Part shown: in pieces, positions 18,694 to 29,302 of the stretch
Numbering within the stretch: position 1 is the first letter of the stretch
How the letters are laid out: each line of letters begins with the position of its first letter
Virus record (IMG/VR): IMGVR_UViG_3300047471_000162
Span: 48,904-112,903 of that record
Source: a virus
Reading direction: 5' to 3' (one strand)
Length of the DNA stretch: 64,000 nt
Position numbers and translations under genes: made by a program
Notes under the pieces: model-generated
Seen by the model: the letters and a program-made list of their open reading frames with translations, nothing else
Databases searched by the model: none
Told to the model about the DNA's origin: nothing

Positions 18694-19614
18694 TTGACCA
18701 TCATCACACTTTGTTACGGATTGCCCAGTTCAGGAAAGAGTACTTGGGCTAAGGAAGAGGTTGCCAATAGCAATGGACAGATTGTTCGTGTGAATATGGA
18801 TGATATCCGTGCCATGCTAGGCTATGGTCCTACCACTACCAGGGAAGAAGCGGCTGTAGTTCATAAGGTTCAGGATCAGGCTATTCTTGCAGCTGTAAAG
18901 CTTGGAAAGAATGTCATTGTAGATAATACTCACCTGAACAAGTCTGGACCCAATCGAATTAAGAAGCTATTCGATGGTGAGATTGAGTTTAAGGTTCAAG
19001 ATTTTACCCACATCTCTGTAGATGACTGTATCGCTGGGGATGATTTTCGCCGACAGTATGGTGAGCGTTATGTAGGCGAAAAGGTTATTCGTGATATGGC
19101 TAAGCAGCTGAATAAGCCTTGGAGGCTTACAGCTGAAGCAATGAATCTTGTAGAGTATCCTCTTGACCCCTATATCCCAGATCTTGATTCACCGCTCGCT
19201 GTGGTACTTGACATTGACGGAACTCTTGCTAGGCATCACCGTAGTCCTTACGATTATGCTAGGCTTCACACTGATTCAGTTTTCGAAGAGATCAAGTTTC
19301 TTGCACAGCTCTATTTCGACGCCAATTACAATGTCTTTATTGTGTCTGGTCGTCCTGAAATGGATAATAAGGGAAATGATTATCGTGCAGAGACTCTAGC
19401 TTGGCTCTATAAGAATAAGATTCCTTTTGATGATCTATTCATGCGCCGTGCAACTGACAAGCGCGATGATCGTGACGTTAAACATGAGATCTTCAACAAT
19501 GAGTTCCGTGATAAGTACAATGTGGAGCTGTGGATTGACGATCGCAATCGTGTAGTTCAGCGTATGCGTAAGCTTGGTATCAAGGTTGCCCAAATTGCGG
19601 ATGGAGATTTCTGA
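18694..19614 (+). CDS. pseT: Polynucleotide kinase/3'-phosphatase (T4 PseT-like)
   Basis: GLPSSGKST kinase; DIDGTLA, SGR and IDDR HAD phosphatase motifs. Confidence 0.92.
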   Translation: MTIITLCYGLPSSGKSTWAKEEVANSNGQIVRVNMDDIRAMLGYGPTTTREEAAVVHKVQDQAILAAVKLGKNVIVDNTHLNKSGPNRIKKLFDGEIEFKVQDFTHISVDDCIAGDDFRRQYGERYVGEKVIRDMAKQLNKPWRLTAEAMNLVEYPLDPYIPDLDSPLAVVLDIDGTLARHHRSPYDYARLHTDSVFEEIKFLAQLYFDANYNVFIVSGRPEMDNKGNDYRAETLAWLYKNKIPFDDLFMRRATDKRDDRDVKHEIFNNEFRDKYNVELWIDDRNRVVQRMRKLGIKVAQIADGDF

Positions 19615-19617
19615 CCC

Positions 19618-19998
19618 ATGACTGATGATGAGATTGCCGAGCTTTTTAATTTCGTTAGTCCTTTTGATAGAAAGCCTAAGCGTCCAAAGCCAAAGGCTGA
19701 AGAGGCAACTCACGATAGCTGGACTGACTGTTCTGGTGTGAAGTACTGGGTGCACCGCTGGCGTATGAGCTGTCGCAACGGTTGTGCTATCCATGCGCCT
19801 AGTTTTCACAGCATGCGAGACTGGCCGCAGTTTATGCGAGAGACATGGTTGGTAGAGCGCATGTGCCCACATGGTATTGGACACCCGGACCCAGATAGTG
19901 TAGCCTTCTTCGAGAAGAATGGCGATACAGGCTTTGGTGTCCATGGTTGTGACGGATGTTGTTCTAAGGGAACCGGTAAGCACCGTAAGGAGAAGTAA
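19618..19998 (+). CDS. Cys/His-rich hypothetical protein
   Basis: CAIHAPS.H.M...ERMCPHGIGHPDPD...HGCDGCC. Confidence 0.75.
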   Translation: MTDDEIAELFNFVSPFDRKPKRPKPKAEEATHDSWTDCSGVKYWVHRWRMSCRNGCAIHAPSFHSMRDWPQFMRETWLVERMCPHGIGHPDPDSVAFFEKNGDTGFGVHGCDGCCSKGTGKHRKEK

Positions 19999-20168
19999 TG
20001 ACTACTGCATTTGGCGCAGAGGATTGGTACCCTGAGTTAGCTGCGGAGATTGATGAGGCTATGACTCTGGATGATCTAATGTCCATGGATGAGATTGACG
20101 CCATGGTAGAGAAGTTTTCAGAGCTGCTTGCTGGTCTAACAGCAGCACCAGAGGTAGAGTATCCATAA
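19998..20168 (+). CDS. Small acidic hypothetical protein
   Basis: AAGGAG SD; TAATG coupling at both ends. Confidence 0.6.
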   Translation: MTTAFGAEDWYPELAAEIDEAMTLDDLMSMDEIDAMVEKFSELLAGLTAAPEVEYP

Positions 20169-20623
20169 TGCAAAAGGGAGAACTCAGCAATGAGATTCTT
20201 CCCCGAGTTTATATAGTTTTTGAGGGACTTATAGGCATCCTCCCGGATGCCAAAACTAAAGCCCTCGAAGCACTGGCGCGTAAAAGAAAGAAATGGGAAC
20301 AAGCTACTTCCTATTACCAACTGAATGTGTCAACTTCGGGTGGAATGCGGGATCTGTATTGGCGGCATCGCTTTCGAGTGGATGTCATTACCTTTATGGA
20401 TCCCGCATTTGTCTCTCCTATACGCGATAGGCTCGATGGTAGGAATCTATTATTTGGTGACGTGCATTACTACACATCCGCCACGGAGTTGAGTAGAGAT
20501 ATGGTTTACGACCAATCAATTCTAGGCGTGCTTGATCCAGACCCGTCCCATACGCTAGTGTACGGATCACGTGGAAGACACTGTCCTCCCGAACGACTCA
20601 ATCTACTACAGCTTTTGGTTTAA
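20168..20623 (+). CDS. Hypothetical protein (possible degenerate HAD fold)
   Basis: YIVFEGLIG N-terminal strand; precedes DnaB. Confidence 0.6.
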   Translation: MQKGELSNEILPRVYIVFEGLIGILPDAKTKALEALARKRKKWEQATSYYQLNVSTSGGMRDLYWRHRFRVDVITFMDPAFVSPIRDRLDGRNLLFGDVHYYTSATELSRDMVYDQSILGVLDPDPSHTLVYGSRGRHCPPERLNLLQLLV

Positions 20624-20641
20624 CAATATGAAAGGAGACGA

Positions 20642-21910
20642 ATGGCTGCCACTCTTGATGTAGATAAGCTCTTTGTATCTAAGATTGTGCAGGAGAAGGA
20701 CATCACGCCTGTGGCAGATGTGCCCCCGTACTTTATCTTTGATCCTGAATACCGTGAGGCTTTCGAGTATATTCGAAAGTATTATGCTGAGCATGGAGAG
20801 GTTCCTACTCTCCGAGTGATGCTAGCGGATTGTCCGCAGGTAAAGCTTGTCCAAGTAGACGAGCCATGGAAGGATATTATTGACCGAGTACAAACCAAGT
20901 ACATTGCGGGCATTCTGGAACAAGGGCTATCCAATGTAGTGGACAAGTATGAGGAAGGTGATATTGAATCTGCTGTCAATTTTCTAGGTGTTATCGTATC
21001 CAAAGTGCACACGGCGGTACCCAATAGCCGAGACACCGACATCACACAAACAGGTAGTGACCGCCTTGCACGGTACCAGGAACGGCGTGACAACCCTGGA
21101 ACCATGGTGGGTGTCCCAACAGGCTTTCCAACGCTGGACAGGGCCACTCAGGGGCTTCAGAAGGGTCAGCTGGTAACAGTCACTGGTCTGACTAAGGCCA
21201 GTAAGTCTACCTTGGCGCTACTGGTGGGTATGACTGTACAAAAGTCGGGAAAGCGTGTAGCGTACTTCACGTACGAGCAAACCTGTGAAGAGCAGGAGCG
21301 TAGATACGATGCATACAACGCGGGTATCAATGATAACCTGCTGAACAGTGGTAATGTATCCTCTGAGGATTGGAAGAAGGTAGTTGATGGTATTAAGGAT
21401 ACCGAGGAGCTACCGCCACTGATCTTCTGTGAAGATGCTATGACGGTTACAGCTGTGGGTGCCAAGTGTGATATCTATGATCCCGATGTAGTTATCATCG
21501 ATGGTACTTATATGCTTGAAGATGAGAACGGCGAGAACAAGGGATCTCCTCAGGCTCTGGCTAATATCGTGGCAGGCTTTAAGTTCATGGCCATGCGGCG
21601 TAAGATCTGTGTCATCCTTGTCACTCAGTCCACTCCCGCGCGAACCAAGGGTGAGACGTTGAACAACGACTCCATCATGGGCAGCCGTGCCTTCGTGCAG
21701 TACTCCAATGTGGTTATTGGTATTGAGCGTACTGAAGATACTAAGATGCGCAAGCTTAAGATCATCATGTCAAGGTCTTGTGCACCCTGCGACGTGATGC
21801 TAGAGTGGGACTACGATACAGGAACCTTCGAAGAGATAGAAGGTTACGACATGGACGATGCACTGGAGAAGATGCTGGAGGATGACAACAAGTTCGAAGA
21901 AATTTACTAG
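20642..21910 (+). CDS. dnaB: DnaB-like replicative helicase
   Basis: GVPTGFPTLD..T.GLQ.GQLV; VIIDG; VTQ; GS..F.Q. Confidence 0.88.
   Translation: MAATLDVDKLFVSKIVQEKDITPVADVPPYFIFDPEYREAFEYIRKYYAEHGEVPTLRVMLADCPQVKLVQVDEPWKDIIDRVQTKYIAGILEQGLSNVVDKYEEGDIESAVNFLGVIVSKVHTAVPNSRDTDITQTGSDRLARYQERRDNPGTMVGVPTGFPTLDRATQGLQKGQLVTVTGLTKASKSTLALLVGMTVQKSGKRVAYFTYEQTCEEQERRYDAYNAGINDNLLNSGNVSSEDWKKVVDGIKDTEELPPLIFCEDAMTVTAVGAKCDIYDPDVVIIDGTYMLEDENGENKGSPQALANIVAGFKFMAMRRKICVILVTQSTPARTKGETLNNDSIMGSRAFVQYSNVVIGIERTEDTKMRKLKIIMSRSCAPCDVMLEWDYDTGTFEEIEGYDMDDALEKMLEDDNKFEEIY
21060..21170. other. Periodic segment (candidate gyrase site)
   Basis: gctggacagggccactcaggggcttcagaagggtc arm. Confidence 0.35.
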
Positions 21911-22862
21911 CGGTTGGGGTACTCCAGTACCTGGGGATGTGCTAAGATGCTTAGAAGAACTGAGCATCACAGTATATAAACTCTCATACAATGAGGCTTG
22001 GTCCTTTTGTCCAGGGCATGAAAGAATCCTGGGCAAAAGAAACAATAAACCAGATAAGTGGTCCGTAAATATTGAAACCGGAATCCATAGTTGTTTCTCT
22101 TGTGGATTCTCCGGCTCCTTTGTCACTCTAGTTCAGGAGGTTAAGGGATATGGTCGAGCTGATGCAGAATCGTGGGTCCGTAGTCGTGGTGGAATCCAGC
22201 GAGTGCGACGAATACTGGCAGCTGCCTCTGGTAGTTTCGAGCCAGACACGAGGGTACGTACGTGGAATGAGTCGCGATTGGCGCTCTTCCAAGATCCTCC
22301 AGCTTCCGCACGCGATGGAAGAGGAGTTTCTGCGGGAAGTGTAGATCACTACGGTATACGTTGGTCGGATGGGGAGGATCCTTTCTGGGTTCTCCCCATA
22401 CGGGATCCTGAAGATGGGTCATTCTGGGGATACCAAGAGAAATCCGAAACTGGTTGGGTATCCAATAAGCCCTATGGTATTCAGAAGTCTCTGACTCTGT
22501 TTGGTATAGAGTGTTTTAATAGTCCGTTTGTCCTAGTACTTGAATCTCCATTGGATTGTGCCGTAGCATATACCAATGGAATTTTCGGAGCTGTATCTAC
22601 TTTCGGTGCCAAGGTCAGCGATGCGCAGTTAACGCTGTTGCTTGATTTTGGCGTACCGATTATCTTTGGCCTGGATAATGACGGCGCTGGTATAGAATCC
22701 TCTAGAAAGATTCGACAGAAGTTTATGGGGAGTGGCCATAGGATTAAGTTTCTCAACTACTCACACATTCCTACCAAGAAAGATATTGGTAGTGACTTAA
22801 CTAAAAAGGAAATACAAAGGGCTGTACTTGAAGCCGTGCCTATGATAATGTATAGGCCATGA
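21882..22862 (+). CDS. DNA primase (Zn finger plus TOPRIM)
   Basis: CPGH...CFSCG; ESPLD; LDNDGAG. Confidence 0.88.
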   Translation: MTTSSKKFTSGWGTPVPGDVLRCLEELSITVYKLSYNEAWSFCPGHERILGKRNNKPDKWSVNIETGIHSCFSCGFSGSFVTLVQEVKGYGRADAESWVRSRGGIQRVRRILAAASGSFEPDTRVRTWNESRLALFQDPPASARDGRGVSAGSVDHYGIRWSDGEDPFWVLPIRDPEDGSFWGYQEKSETGWVSNKPYGIQKSLTLFGIECFNSPFVLVLESPLDCAVAYTNGIFGAVSTFGAKVSDAQLTLLLDFGVPIIFGLDNDGAGIESSRKIRQKFMGSGHRIKFLNYSHIPTKKDIGSDLTKKEIQRAVLEAVPMIMYRP

Positions 22863-24442
22863 CTTTCATTAAAACATTACGCCCCTACCAAGAAGCAGCT
22901 AGCGCTCTCATTGTCAATAGACAGAGGGCGCTACTTGCATTGGACCTGGGAACAGGTAAGACTATTGTTTCTATTCATGCTATTGAAGAGCTTAGAGACG
23001 GAGGAATTTTAGATTGTGCGTTATTAATAATGTCTTCTTCACTGACATATCAATGGGCTGATCGTATAAAAGAATTTACTGATATTCCCCATGAGAAGAT
23101 CGTTGTCATAGATGGGTCGTTAACACCAACCAAACGCAAGAAGGCGTATGAGGAAGCCTTGCGGGATCGCCCTGCCTATGTCATCATGGGCATCAGACAG
23201 GTGGTCACAGACATTGACTTTGTAAAAAAGCTCAAGCCTGATCTGGCCCTGGTTGATGAAGTGACATCCATAAAAAACTTTAAGCCGCAGCAATCAAAGG
23301 TGATTAAGAAATATGTAACTGCGCCTTATCGTGTTGGTCTTACTGCTGAGCCTATTGAAAACGGCAAGGCAGAGGAACTGTATTCCATAATGCAATGGAT
23401 TGATCCTAGCCTTTATGGTAGTTGGCAGGACTTCGAAGACACCTACATCATTCGTAATTCCTACAACATCATTACAGGGTATAGAAATGTAGACGAGATG
23501 AATAAGATTCTCATGACCGCTTGTGTGAACAAGAGACGTGATGACAAAGATGTTGCTACGTTTATGCCAACTGTAGAAGAATACGATATCTATGTGGAGA
23601 TGGATAATGCTACCAGGGACATCTATGAACAAATCGCGCAAGACCTCTTGCGAGAACTCAGAAATAGCGGACAGCGGGCTGTTCTCGATCTCGCCGGATA
23701 CTACTCTGGTGGAGGAGAAGCAGGAGAAGACCCTTCAGCAGGACGGGCGGCATCGCGGCTTACGGTACTCCATCTTCTCACGGACTCACCGTGCCTCTTA
23801 GAAGCCTCTGCACGGGCCTACAACGACCCAACAGACCCTAGAGGTAGCGCGTATGCTGCACAGCTCTTAGAGGCTGGGAGACTGCCCTCTGAGCCCCTCC
23901 TGGGTGCCAAGATAGAAGCGTGTGTGGAACTGGTGGATGAGTACCTGTCTTCCAATCCAGCTCACAAGGTGATAGTCTTCGCTCGGTTCAAGGGGGTACT
24001 TCCCATCCTGGCCAAGCAACTTGACAAGTATGGCTCAGTACTATTTACTGGAGATCTTAATGGAAAGCAGCGAGCTGAAGCCATACAGTCGTTTGGATCA
24101 GATCCTTCTACCAGAATTTTTCTTTCGTCTGATGCTGGAGGATACGGCGTCGACTTATACATGGCTTCTCACCTTATTAACTTCGATTTACCCCTATCCT
24201 CAGGTGCCTTCAAGCAGCGTAATGGTAGGCACGTTCGGGCAAGTTCTACATTCAGAAACGTCTTCATTGACAACCTGATCGTAGCTGGTAGTGTTGAGGA
24301 ATATCAGAAGCAACGACTTGCCTACAAAGCTCGTGTTGCAAATGCTGCGCTGACTGGACGGATGTCAGAGCAGGGTGGTAGAGTAACTAATGATGTACAG
24401 AGCTTGACTAAGTTCCTAGAAAAGCAGTTGGAGAATAGATGA
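22859..24442 (+). CDS. SNF2-like helicase
   Basis: LRPYQ, DLGTGKT, DEVT, GLTAEP, GVDL...QRNGRHVR. Confidence 0.88.
   Translation: MTFIKTLRPYQEAASALIVNRQRALLALDLGTGKTIVSIHAIEELRDGGILDCALLIMSSSLTYQWADRIKEFTDIPHEKIVVIDGSLTPTKRKKAYEEALRDRPAYVIMGIRQVVTDIDFVKKLKPDLALVDEVTSIKNFKPQQSKVIKKYVTAPYRVGLTAEPIENGKAEELYSIMQWIDPSLYGSWQDFEDTYIIRNSYNIITGYRNVDEMNKILMTACVNKRRDDKDVATFMPTVEEYDIYVEMDNATRDIYEQIAQDLLRELRNSGQRAVLDLAGYYSGGGEAGEDPSAGRAASRLTVLHLLTDSPCLLEASARAYNDPTDPRGSAYAAQLLEAGRLPSEPLLGAKIEACVELVDEYLSSNPAHKVIVFARFKGVLPILAKQLDKYGSVLFTGDLNGKQRAEAIQSFGSDPSTRIFLSSDAGGYGVDLYMASHLINFDLPLSSGAFKQRNGRHVRASSTFRNVFIDNLIVAGSVEEYQKQRLAYKARVANAALTGRMSEQGGRVTNDVQSLTKFLEKQLENR
23790..23910. other. Two-armed periodic segment (candidate gyrase site)
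   Basis: gcctcttagaagcctctgcacgggcctacaacgacc...gctcttagaggctgggagactgccctctgagcccc. Confidence 0.5.
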
Positions 24443-24855
24443 GTGAATTAGTAATAAAGAATAAGGTGGCTCAGTATTTATTAATAAATACTGAGATCAA
24501 GGAGTTACAGTCGTTACAGAAGCAGTTGAAAGAGCACTTAGAACCTGCTTTACTAGAGGCTGAGACGAACGCCAGGGGATCACGGGTGATAACCTTCACA
24601 GACCCTCTGGAGATCGATGGGATCCGGTACAAGAGCTTGCAGAAGGTGCGCAAGGAGAGTAAGGTACTCAATGAGGAACGAGCACTGAAGTTCCTCAAGT
24701 CCGATCAAGCGTTCGAGTCTGCTGTCATTACAGTAGATCATGTTGATCAGGATGCCTTGTGGGATCTCTTCGTTCAGGATATGATCTCCCAAGAAGAACT
24801 AGACAGTTTCTTCGATGTAACTGAATCATTCGCCTTCATGCCGACTAAGGAGTAG
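24439..24855 (+). CDS. Hypothetical coiled-coil protein
   Basis: ATGA coupling; seven TTA codons in the first 38 codons. Confidence 0.75.
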   Translation: MSELVIKNKVAQYLLINTEIKELQSLQKQLKEHLEPALLEAETNARGSRVITFTDPLEIDGIRYKSLQKVRKESKVLNEERALKFLKSDQAFESAVITVDHVDQDALWDLFVQDMISQEELDSFFDVTESFAFMPTKE

Positions 24856-24862
24856 TTAACTA

Positions 24863-25165
24863 ATGAAGCGTTCTCTCAGGGTTATGGCCGCTGGTATTAT
24901 CACTGCGGGTATTATTCTTGGTGGTACTGCGTGCGCTGCTAGTGATGGTTCTGATGTCCTTCAGTACGGAGATTACGACTCTATGCACGTCTATCACACG
25001 TATCCGCAGCCGATTATCGTACATGTTACTCGAAAGGTTTATATGTCCAACACTACGATGTACAGTAACCCTACTGTTGAGCGTACTTATGTGAGTCACC
25101 ACACTTGCCGCACTACTACGACCCGTACCAACGGGCGTACTACCTCTGTTAGGCAGTGTTCCTAA
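24863..25165 (+). CDS. Putative lipoprotein
   Basis: Basic N-terminus, hydrophobic core, GTAC lipobox-like site. Confidence 0.55.
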   Translation: MKRSLRVMAAGIITAGIILGGTACAASDGSDVLQYGDYDSMHVYHTYPQPIIVHVTRKVYMSNTTMYSNPTVERTYVSHHTCRTTTTRTNGRTTSVRQCS

Positions 25166-25452
25166 TGGGTCGACATTCCGCAAATGGTACTGAGTATTTT
25201 CGAGCAATAGTAATTACTTCTGAGGGATCTGAGTATTCTATTCATGGTCCTTATTCCACCAGGGCCGCAGCCAAGACGGAGGGAAAGAGAAACATTACTT
25301 CTCATTCTTGGGGCGATCGATCTACTTGGACAATAAAGATTCAGGAACTTAAGCCCATTATAAAATGGGTAGATATTCCAGGCGTTCTATCTACTGACCC
25401 TTGGAACTTGGAGCCTACAGCTCATCTTGAATGGATTGATGTAGATGGCTGA
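25165..25452 (+). CDS. Hypothetical protein (MGRH N-terminus)
   Basis: TAATG coupling. Confidence 0.7.
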   Translation: MGRHSANGTEYFRAIVITSEGSEYSIHGPYSTRAAAKTEGKRNITSHSWGDRSTWTIKIQELKPIIKWVDIPGVLSTDPWNLEPTAHLEWIDVDG

Positions 25453-25744
25453 AACACTTACTCTCTCAGCAGAGGAAATTGAGGAAGAGGATCTTATTGA
25501 GGTTCTACTTTGGGAGAATCTAATTTGGGAGAAGTTTCCCACTGATCAGCACCGGTGGGAAGAGTGGCACACAGGTGTCACCAAATACAAGGATAAGTAC
25601 TGGTGGGTTAACTGGGTCACTGGTCTCACGGAGACCCAAGACAATCAGTACTTTGAGTATGAATTGGCTGGAGATGGATCATTGACTCTTCATGAGGCAG
25701 AATCCTATGAGATTATCGAAACTAAGTGGAGGCGAAAGAAGTAA
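25445..25744 (+). CDS. Hypothetical protein
   Basis: Coupled ORF. Confidence 0.7.
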   Translation: MAETLTLSAEEIEEEDLIEVLLWENLIWEKFPTDQHRWEEWHTGVTKYKDKYWWVNWVTGLTETQDNQYFEYELAGDGSLTLHEAESYEIIETKWRRKK

Positions 25745-25965
25745 TGAGTGATGTAACTATTTCGGTGATGTCGGAGCTTGAGCTTGATGAGCTTATCTCT
25801 TCTCTAACAGAGAACCTGTGTCAGGAGCATCTGATTGATTTCATTGCACGTATCGATCAGTATGTCTGCGACTGGGATTTTACTGAGGCGCTGTACAAGC
25901 ACTTCAAGGCAGAGCATAAGGTATACAAGTCAGAGGTAAAGCTAGACCCCTTTGTCGGTATCTAG
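25744..25965 (+). CDS. Hypothetical protein
   Basis: GGAGG SD; TAATG coupling. Confidence 0.65.
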   Translation: MSDVTISVMSELELDELISSLTENLCQEHLIDFIARIDQYVCDWDFTEALYKHFKAEHKVYKSEVKLDPFVGI

Positions 25966-26123
25966 TACCCCGTGGCCCTATTACATCAAAGATAGGGCCA
26001 CGGCTATTCACTTTGTATTAGATCCTGATTGTGGTTGTAGAAACTTGATGAATTGTTTATCAGTCAATCATAGAACTCTTCTTATAATTTTAGAAGCCTT
26101 GGATAAATGGGAGGAATACCACA

Positions 26124-26315
26124 ATGAAGGTACACGTTGAGTACAGTGTCCCGAACAGTCTCGTTCTAGAGCTAAATGAGAATGAGGTAGCAGCTTTTAA
26201 TGCGGGCATGTCTACCGATGATTTCAACTGGTTTGCGGATGAGATCAGTGATAAGGTAGCTCAGCATGCTATGGCGTGGTTTGTTATCGATGAGGTTCGG
26301 GAGATTCTAGAGTGA
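26124..26315 (+). CDS. Hypothetical protein
   Basis: GGAGG SD. Confidence 0.65.
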   Translation: MKVHVEYSVPNSLVLELNENEVAAFNAGMSTDDFNWFADEISDKVAQHAMAWFVIDEVREILE

Positions 26316-26677
26316 ACAGTTGGCAGCATGCTGTATCTTCTGCCCATGAATGGGGTGGAAAACCTGAGGACTATCATCCTATTCATAAGAAGGTAGACAG
26401 CTCTAAAGCGGGTATGGGAGACATTCGCCACCGTGCTCTATTTCATCACACTGAAGGTACCTTTCTCATGGAGGATATCTTTGGTCCATATCTACAGGTA
26501 GGCAAGCGCCAAGTTCCTGTCCGAGATATCGTTGAGCGTCATATCGTAGAGGACTTGGGATTTCTTCCTACCTTTCAATGGTGGGCAGAGCGAATGAATA
26601 TCGATCCTGCAATGAGTGGTACTAAGCGTAGGAAAATCAGAAACACACGAGATATTTTTGGGAGTAAGAGTGAGTGA
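26312..26677 (+). CDS. DUF6915-like protein
   Basis: HA.SSA..WGG..EDY..IH...DSSK...RHRAL.HH..G...VPVR...E.HI.EDLG. Confidence 0.7.
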   Translation: MNSWQHAVSSAHEWGGKPEDYHPIHKKVDSSKAGMGDIRHRALFHHTEGTFLMEDIFGPYLQVGKRQVPVRDIVERHIVEDLGFLPTFQWWAERMNIDPAMSGTKRRKIRNTRDIFGSKSE

Positions 26678-27161
26678 CGAGAGTGTTGACTTCCGTGGTA
26701 AGCTCCTGGTTGACAAGAGCTATAGTTATAGGTCACAGTTTGTAGAGCAACTGCCTATTACTGACTTGGCGCCCTATCTTGAGGCATCTTTTGCTAAGGG
26801 CGTGAAGGCAATCAAGTGGCAGCAGTATGTTCCTGGCTTTAATGATGGCGATCCTTGTGAGTTTACTATTAATGAGGTTTACTTCACAGGTAACGATGAG
26901 GTGGCAAAGCTCTGGGCTGGAGGTCAGAGTGTTGATTATCTTGAGGACGAGAATACTTATCATGATCTAGATTATCTAGAGGATTATGTCTTTGCATTGT
27001 TCAGTTACAGTGATCATCCTGATGGTCTTACTATTGATGCAGATGTTCCAATTGGTTCTGCTGCATTCGAATATGCTGTTCGTGCTGAGTTCGGGGATAA
27101 TACGGAGATTGTTATCACTCCAGAAGCCACGTACACTTTCGACTATGAGTGTGGCCACTAA
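26670..27161 (+). CDS. Hypothetical protein
   Basis: GGAG SD with GTG start; WQQYVPGFNDGDPCEF motif. Confidence 0.7.
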   Translation: MSDESVDFRGKLLVDKSYSYRSQFVEQLPITDLAPYLEASFAKGVKAIKWQQYVPGFNDGDPCEFTINEVYFTGNDEVAKLWAGGQSVDYLEDENTYHDLDYLEDYVFALFSYSDHPDGLTIDADVPIGSAAFEYAVRAEFGDNTEIVITPEATYTFDYECGH

Positions 27162-27169
27162 GGAGAACA

Positions 27170-27616
27170 TTGCAATCTAATTGGATGAATCAATTGGATC
27201 AGTTCTTTCCGGGTTCTACAACTCCTCTGAACTTTGAAGAGATTATTGTAGACAAGGTTAAGGAACTTGACAGCTGGGATTATAAGCCTTATACATTTCT
27301 GGTCGGTGGAGTTGAGACTGAGTTCTTCTCCATCGGCCAACTCGGAAAGGCCCTAGGAGGACGTAGCCCTAACACCTTGCGTGCTTGGGAAAGAGAAGGT
27401 ATAATAGGAAAATCACCATATGTTAAACCCTCCAGTACACCTAACGGACGAAGAAGAATGTACACCCGAGAAATGGTAGAAGGCTTAGTAGCAATTGCCA
27501 GAGAGGAGGGCATTCTCTGGCCGCATAAGGGCAGTCGTATTAGTAACACTAAATTTTCTGAGAGGGCTATCGAACTATTCAGGAGGTTAAGGCTTGAACA
27601 AAAACAAATGCGATGA
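27170..27616 (+). CDS. MerR-type HTH DNA-binding protein
   Basis: [24 protein letters not shown]...GRRRMYT. Confidence 0.8.
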   Translation: MQSNWMNQLDQFFPGSTTPLNFEEIIVDKVKELDSWDYKPYTFLVGGVETEFFSIGQLGKALGGRSPNTLRAWEREGIIGKSPYVKPSSTPNGRRRMYTREMVEGLVAIAREEGILWPHKGSRISNTKFSERAIELFRRLRLEQKQMR

Positions 27617-28163
27617 TACCTCATGTGATAGAGAGTCGCTGACTAAAGGTTTTTGTGATAAACATTACCGTCGTTGGAAGAAACACGGCGACTCTAGTAT
27701 TGTGTTGACACCAACACGAAGTATCTGCACTATTGGCGAGTGCGCCAGATTAACTGATGCCCTTGGCTACTGCAAACTGCACTACACTAGATTTATAAAA
27801 CATGGTGACCCATTAAAAACATTGCGTGTTACCTCACCCGCAGGGCAAGCCCGAACCATCACAAATAAATACGGCTATGTGTGGGTACCCTACAACCACC
27901 AACATCCAAATTCTCGACCAGATGGCTACATAGCCGAACATACATTTGTGATGTCAGAGCACCTAGGAAGACCCCTTCTTCCACATGAAAATGTGCATCA
28001 TATCAATGGGCAACGCGATGATAACCGAATCGAAAATCTAGAACTATGGTCCAAGTCTCAACCTGCTGGACAACGTGTCCTGGATAAGGTAGCTTGGGCA
28101 CGTGAGCTTCTAGGAATATACGGAACTAGCGAAGAGAAGGAAGTATATGGCAACCCGCAGTAA
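27594..28163 (+). CDS. HNH homing endonuclease
   Basis: [21 protein letters not shown]; two C..HY.R...HGD repeats. Confidence 0.9.
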   Translation: MNKNKCDDTSCDRESLTKGFCDKHYRRWKKHGDSSIVLTPTRSICTIGECARLTDALGYCKLHYTRFIKHGDPLKTLRVTSPAGQARTITNKYGYVWVPYNHQHPNSRPDGYIAEHTFVMSEHLGRPLLPHENVHHINGQRDDNRIENLELWSKSQPAGQRVLDKVAWARELLGIYGTSEEKEVYGNPQ

Positions 28164-28473
28164 TGTCAACGAACTTCACACAGAGAGCGAAGGAACTATT
28201 CTTAAGCCTGAGACGACAGTGACAGTAGCTCCTGATAGTATGAACGCTATGAAGGTATCTATTTCTCGTACTTTCAAGATTAATATGGGCAATTACGAGT
28301 CAATGGATTCTTTTGTATCCGTGACTTTGGATGTAACTGAGGGTAGTGATCTAGAGGAGCTGGCTACTAAGTTCGGCGAGACTCTTGACACCCTACAGGC
28401 TCCTGATCTAGAATTGGCCCATCACTTGACCAAGGAACGTAACTCCCTTGTCAAGATTCTAATTGAGAAGTAA
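28147..28473 (+). CDS. Hypothetical protein
   Basis: KINMGNYES motif common in phage proteins. Confidence 0.7.
   Translation: MATRSNVNELHTESEGTILKPETTVTVAPDSMNAMKVSISRTFKINMGNYESMDSFVSVTLDVTEGSDLEELATKFGETLDTLQAPDLELAHHLTKERNSLVKILIEK
28385..28414 (+). promoter_or_regulatory. Internal promoter upstream of ssb
   Basis: TTGACA-18-TAGAAT. Confidence 0.55.
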
Positions 28474-28519
28474 TCAACTCCACTTACGCTCTATAGCGAC
28501 CATATAAGGAGAATAATTT

Positions 28520-29290
28520 ATGGCAAAGATGACTCGTACTCGTGTTGCTCCGGCTGAGGACTATGACGAGACCAGTCCTGCGGGATCCGATTCGGAAACT
28601 CAGGATGAGAGTGACTCCAATCCTCATGCTGCTCCAGAGATGAAGCGAAGCGGTATTCGTCGCCCCTCTGGTCCTGTATCCTCTGGCTGGGGAGCACCAC
28701 AGCAGAAGCGAGAGACAGTAAAGGCACCTTATCTCAAGGTTGATCGCACTAAGAAGATCATCAAGCTTCTGGATGCTGAGCCTTCTGTTCGTTTTAAGCA
28801 GCATTATCTGAAGACTCTTAATAAGTTCTATACCTGCATTGAGGTTTATGAGGGTAAGGACCATCCGGATAATGTTGACTGCCCTCTGTGTGACGCCGGG
28901 CACAAGGCATCCGTGAAGTTCATCATGAATGTTATCGAGATGGATCCGGATGCTACTGCTTACGAGGTAAAGACTTGGACTTTTGGTCCTGAGGTTGCTG
29001 GTCATCTTCAGGATATTGGGGAGGATCTCCAGGACAATGACCGTATTCCTGATAACGCCAAGACTATTGACGCAGAGCGTTGGTACTTCAAGGTTTATCA
29101 GGTAAAGGCAGACAACAACCGAATCTCCAATAAGGTTGAGAAGATTTCTGCTTCTCTGCTTCCTGATGAGTTTGGTATGGAACCTCTGAATACCGATGAG
29201 ATTCTTGAACTGGGTAAGGTTCGCTATGGTGATGAGACTGTTTGGATCACCTCTGAGGACAAGCTCCGTGAGGCTGCCAAGTCCCTCTAG
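28520..29290 (+). CDS. Single-stranded DNA-binding protein (gp32-like, Zn)
   Basis: QHY...YTC...DCPLCDAG...F.MNV; located before the polymerase. Confidence 0.7.
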   Translation: MAKMTRTRVAPAEDYDETSPAGSDSETQDESDSNPHAAPEMKRSGIRRPSGPVSSGWGAPQQKRETVKAPYLKVDRTKKIIKLLDAEPSVRFKQHYLKTLNKFYTCIEVYEGKDHPDNVDCPLCDAGHKASVKFIMNVIEMDPDATAYEVKTWTFGPEVAGHLQDIGEDLQDNDRIPDNAKTIDAERWYFKVYQVKADNNRISNKVEKISASLLPDEFGMEPLNTDEILELGKVRYGDETVWITSEDKLREAAKSL

Positions 29291-29302
29291 GCACTAGACA
29301 CC

